Source: Candidatus Doudnabacteria bacterium
GTDB taxonomy: Bacteria > Patescibacteriota > Doudnabacteria > UBA920 > O2-02-FULL-48-8
Direction: 5' to 3'
DNA: 39,059 nt
NCBI GenBank assembly: GCA_016199215.1
Contig: JACQHB010000007.1
Location: 1 to 39,059, forward strand
Below are positions 36,027 to 39,059 of the stretch, one piece after another. Below the pieces are notes generated by a model. It saw only the letters and a list, made by a program, of their open reading frames with translations. It was not told where the DNA came from and made no database searches. Each line of letters starts with the position of its first letter. The stretch's first letter is position 1. Made by a program: the position numbers and the translations under genes.

Positions 36027-36986
36027 ATGCAATACAAAATATTTGGTCCAACAGGTAAAAAAGTTTTTAACGTCGGTCTTGGCACTTATGGTCACGGCGA
36101 AGCATATGGCGGAATTACCAAAGAAGAATCTTTGGAGATTTTACATACTGCGGCTGAATACATAACCGAGGATGTCCATCTTCTTATTGATACTGCTCCA
36201 AGATATGGAAACGGGGAGGTAGAAATTTGGATTGGAGAATTTTTGAAAAACTATAAAAAGAATAATATCCTTGTAGCCACAAAGGGCGGAAGACATATTG
36301 AGCCCAGACGCGTGAATGAGAAAGACTTTAGTCCGAAATTTCTTCAAGCCGATTTGGAAGGAAGTTTAAAGAGGCTTGGACAAGATAATGTCTTTCTCTA
36401 TCAACTCCATAACCCATCTCTCGATATCATTACAGATGGCTCGGTATTTACCTTTTTGGAAGAGATGAGAAGGCAAGGGAAAATTCAATGGTATGGAGTA
36501 TCTATTGATACTGCTGAAGAAGGTTTGGCGGTTATTGATGTTTGTCGTAAGCGGAGATATAAAGGACTAGCGTCTCTTCAGCTTATTTATAACATTCTTC
36601 AAAAGCATATAATTGACGAACTTCAGCGACAGACAAATAATATTGACCTAGCAATTATTGCACGGGAGCCACTTCTTCGTGGCTTTTTGACTGACCTATA
36701 CGACGAAAAAGTGAATATATCAAAACTTCCTCCTGCTCCCAAAAAAGTAATTGACCTCTATGGTAAAGATAAACTATTTGCACATGTTAAAACGGTGCGT
36801 AAGTTTTTGAATGAACAAGATATTACCATGCCGCAATTGGCACTCCAATTTGTTCTTGCTCACCCTTTAATAACCACGGTAATACCGGGAATAAATAAAA
36901 AAGGGTATATTGCCTTAGATTTTTCTTTGGATAACAATAATTTGAGTTTAGAACAGGCAGAACAACTTAAAAAAATTGATGATTAA
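36027..36986 (+). CDS. Aldo/keto reductase
   Basis: GLGT, IDTAPRYGNG, VATKGG, SLKRL, LYQLHNP, GKI..YGVS, Q..YN, REPL.RGFLT, VIPG. Confidence 0.92.
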   Translation: MQYKIFGPTGKKVFNVGLGTYGHGEAYGGITKEESLEILHTAAEYITEDVHLLIDTAPRYGNGEVEIWIGEFLKNYKKNNILVATKGGRHIEPRRVNEKDFSPKFLQADLEGSLKRLGQDNVFLYQLHNPSLDIITDGSVFTFLEEMRRQGKIQWYGVSIDTAEEGLAVIDVCRKRRYKGLASLQLIYNILQKHIIDELQRQTNNIDLAIIAREPLLRGFLTDLYDEKVNISKLPPAPKKVIDLYGKDKLFAHVKTVRKFLNEQDITMPQLALQFVLAHPLITTVIPGINKKGYIALDFSLDNNNLSLEQAEQLKKIDD

Positions 36987-37063
36987 AGGGGAGTTGTTAG
37001 CTAAAAGCCGCGCGGATGGGAGGGTGGGCCAAGCGGCTTTCCTTTTTCTTATTTTGTTTTTAA

Positions 37064-37371
37064 GCCCGCCGCCAATTTTTCGCCACCAGCCGAAGCGAGG
37101 GCGTAGCGGAATTCCCCCACACCCCCTTCCGCCGCGCCCGAGCGCAGTATTGTCATTGTGCCGCGCGTAGCGCGGCTCTCTGTCATTTTTTACAAATTTT
37201 TGCTAAAATATGTTCGAGCGTGGTTGTAAAGCCACACCACTAAACAACTTTTCAATTTTTTTGAAGCCAAATTGTGGGCGGCACGAAGTGCCGCCCATTG
37301 GTTTTCCCCTGACAAATCCGCTTCGCTCGGCGCGCGCAGGCGCGCCTCGCGGTTGGCCAAAACGAGGTTCG
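37064..37371 (-). repeat. Internal inverted attP-like copy (P arm 37235-37371 plus P' arm 37064-37239)
   Basis: 37235-37371 is the reverse complement of 38923-39059 with 3 mismatches; 37064-37239 mirrors 32874-33056. Confidence 0.9.
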
Positions 37372-37431
37372 CTCTTGTGCGATTTTAAATTCTGTCTCGG
37401 ATTTGCTTTGCCCAAAATACAAAAAGAATTT

Positions 37432-37536
37432 TTGCCTTGGATATTAGGTATGATATACTTGTAATGTATCCAACTCCGCAAGTCTTCTTTTTTGATGGCC
37501 GTCTCGGTCAATTCAAGGAGACTTGAGTTGGATACA
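37432..37536 (+). promoter_or_regulatory. Putative recombinase promoter followed by a ~72-nt stem-loop leader
   Basis: TTGCCT (37432-37437), 16 nt, TATACT (37454-37459) with TG; TGTATCCAACT/AGTTGGATACA and CAAGTCTTCTT/AAGGAGACTTG stems at 37465-37536. Confidence 0.55.
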
Positions 37537-37571
37537 ACCGGGGCGGCCTTTAAAGTTTAACTAACATTTTT

Positions 37572-39059
37572 ATGCAAAAATTCTTTTTGTATGCCCGCAA
37601 GTCCACCGATGTGGAAGATAAGCAAGTTTTGAGTATTGAAGCGCAACTAACAGAATTGCGCGAGCTTGCCAAGCGTGAAAACTTGGAGGTAGTTGAGGAG
37701 TTGGTGGAGAAACAATCGGCCAAAATTCCAGGCAGACCAATTTTTAACGAAATGTTGCGAAGAATTGAAGCCGGAGAAGCTGCCGGAATTTTGGCCTGGC
37801 ATCCGGACAGATTGGCGCGCAATTCTGTTGACGGTGGAAAAATAATTTACCTTTTAGACACAGGTGGACTTGCGGGCTTGAAGTTTCCGCAGTTTTGGTA
37901 TGAAAACACCGCGCAAGGTAAATTCATGCTCAATATTGCTTTTGGGCAAAGCAAATACTATATAGACAATTTGAGCGAGAATACCAAACGAGGATTGCGC
38001 CAAAAAGTCAGACGAGGTGAATATCCCGGCCTTGCGCCTGTGGGTTATCAGAATGACCCTCGCACAAAAACCGTTGTCGTGGACAAAAAGCGAAGTGTGG
38101 TTATCCGCAAGGCCTTTGAGCTGTACGCGCAAAATAACTCTCGTTTAGAGGACATTGCCAACTTTTTGGCGCAGAATGGTATTCTCACTTCTGGTGGCAA
38201 GAAACTTCACCGAGACAGAATTTCTTTTATCCTTTCCAACCCGTTTTATTACGGACATTTTCGCTATGCTGGGGAGGTTCACGAGGGCAAGCACCAGCCA
38301 GTCGTCTCAAAGAAAATTTTTGATAAAGTCCAAGAGGTAATGAAGCAGAGAGGAAAACCTAAAACCAAAGGCAAAGTTGAAAAACCATTTGTCGGACTTT
38401 TACACTGTGATGAATGTGGCCGTATGATAACTGCCGAAATCCAGAAAGGTCATACTTATTATCGTTGCACGAAGAAAAACATTGTTTGTAGTCAGCCGTA
38501 TGTCCGTGAAGAAGAATTGGATCGGCAGTTATCTTCTCTGCTTCAAAAATTTTCTTTGAGACCGGATTGGGCGGCACAAATGGACAAAATGCTGAAAAAA
38601 GACAAAAAGGAATCCGCCCAATCCGCAACCGCTTTTGTTCAAGAGGCAGACGAAAAGACTAAGACACTAAATATCAAACTCCAGCGACTTTTAGACGGAT
38701 ATTTGGAACAAGATATTGAACGCGAAATATATCTCGAAAAGAAGCGAAATTTCATGAGTGAAAAAAAGTCGCTGGAGGAGCAAATCATCAACTTCGAACA
38801 AAAGCGGACTGGCTGGCTCGAACCGATGGCGGAATGGATAAAAGAAGCAGAATCTCTGCCTAAAATCGCACAAGAGAGCAACCTTTTCTCAAAAAAGGTT
38901 GCTGCCGAACATTTGTTCGGCTCGAACCTCGTTTTGGCCAACCGCGAGGCGCGCCTGCGCGCGCCGAGCGGAGAGGATTTGTCTGGGGAAAACCAATGGG
39001 CGGCACTTCGTGCCGCCCACAATTTGGCTTCAAAAAAATTGAAAAGTTGTTTAGTGGTG
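37572..39059 (+). CDS. Large serine recombinase (runs off the window; absent from the ORF track)
   Basis: Own translation, 496 codons with no stop: MQKFFLYARKST (catalytic Ser), WHPDRLARN, APVGY, NPFYYG, zinc ribbon CDECG...YYRC...C, coiled coil. Confidence 0.93.
   Translation, partial: MQKFFLYARKSTDVEDKQVLSIEAQLTELRELAKRENLEVVEELVEKQSAKIPGRPIFNEMLRRIEAGEAAGILAWHPDRLARNSVDGGKIIYLLDTGGLAGLKFPQFWYENTAQGKFMLNIAFGQSKYYIDNLSENTKRGLRQKVRRGEYPGLAPVGYQNDPRTKTVVVDKKRSVVIRKAFELYAQNNSRLEDIANFLAQNGILTSGGKKLHRDRISFILSNPFYYGHFRYAGEVHEGKHQPVVSKKIFDKVQEVMKQRGKPKTKGKVEKPFVGLLHCDECGRMITAEIQKGHTYYRCTKKNIVCSQPYVREEELDRQLSSLLQKFSLRPDWAAQMDKMLKKDKKESAQSATAFVQEADEKTKTLNIKLQRLLDGYLEQDIEREIYLEKKRNFMSEKKSLEEQIINFEQKRTGWLEPMAEWIKEAESLPKIAQESNLFSKKVAAEHLFGSNLVLANREARLRAPSGEDLSGENQWAALRAAHNLASKKLKSCLVV

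Larger units (their letters stand above)
32874..39059. mobile_element. Integrative island with a large serine recombinase; putative TGGTG crossover core at 32874-32878 and 39055-39059
   Basis: Joining the two ends at TGGTG reproduces the junction found intact and inverted at 37235-37239; sequence beyond the right end is outside the window. Confidence 0.7.

Noticed and set aside
32884-37511. Short ORFs 32884-33093, 36976-37170, 37203-37511 and 37210-37464 (two share PPPIFRHQPKRGRSGIPP)
   Set aside because: They are translations of the inverted att-arm repeats, not credible genes
84-39022. Numerous 60-160 aa antisense or alternate-frame ORFs overlapping long genes
   Set aside because: Shadow ORFs of well-supported CDSs with no recognisable motifs
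39055-39059. tRNA gene at the right edge
   Set aside because: Only TGGTG is visible, so a tRNA cannot be called; kept as a hypothesis for the att target

Overview
Bacterial chromosomal window. Gene content and style point to a Patescibacteria/CPR genome (inference). From left to right it holds: a secreted LCAT-like lipase with a small membrane partner; a type IV pilus operon (pilB, pilC, three pilin-like genes, pilM) followed by an Ig-repeat membrane protein; a LysM-M23 peptidase; pcrA/uvrD; rsmA; a ~13.6-kb co-oriented T4SS-like operon (HTH, VirB6-like, PrgI, VirB4, M15-type peptidase, beta-propeller); recG; and a large-serine-recombinase island carrying TrmB, B12-radical SAM, sulfotransferase and aldo-keto reductase genes. 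The most unusual signals are non-coding. (1) A 459-bp element encodes only a GIY-YIG nuclease, has CCCAGTA-nnn-CAACTTCG terminal inverted repeats and a 4-bp target duplication, and contains a nested 146-bp non-coding element with the same ends and its own 4-bp duplication. (2) A family of 7-bp-periodic inverted-repeat elements includes one copy around a four-helix-bundle gene, several empty copies, and three arrays inside coding sequences. (3) The recombinase gene's 3' end appears split by its own att site, and an intact inverted attP-like copy lies inside the island. (4) About 30-bp REP-like palindromes sit in frame in pcrA, recG and another gene, and one is nested in a copy of itself.
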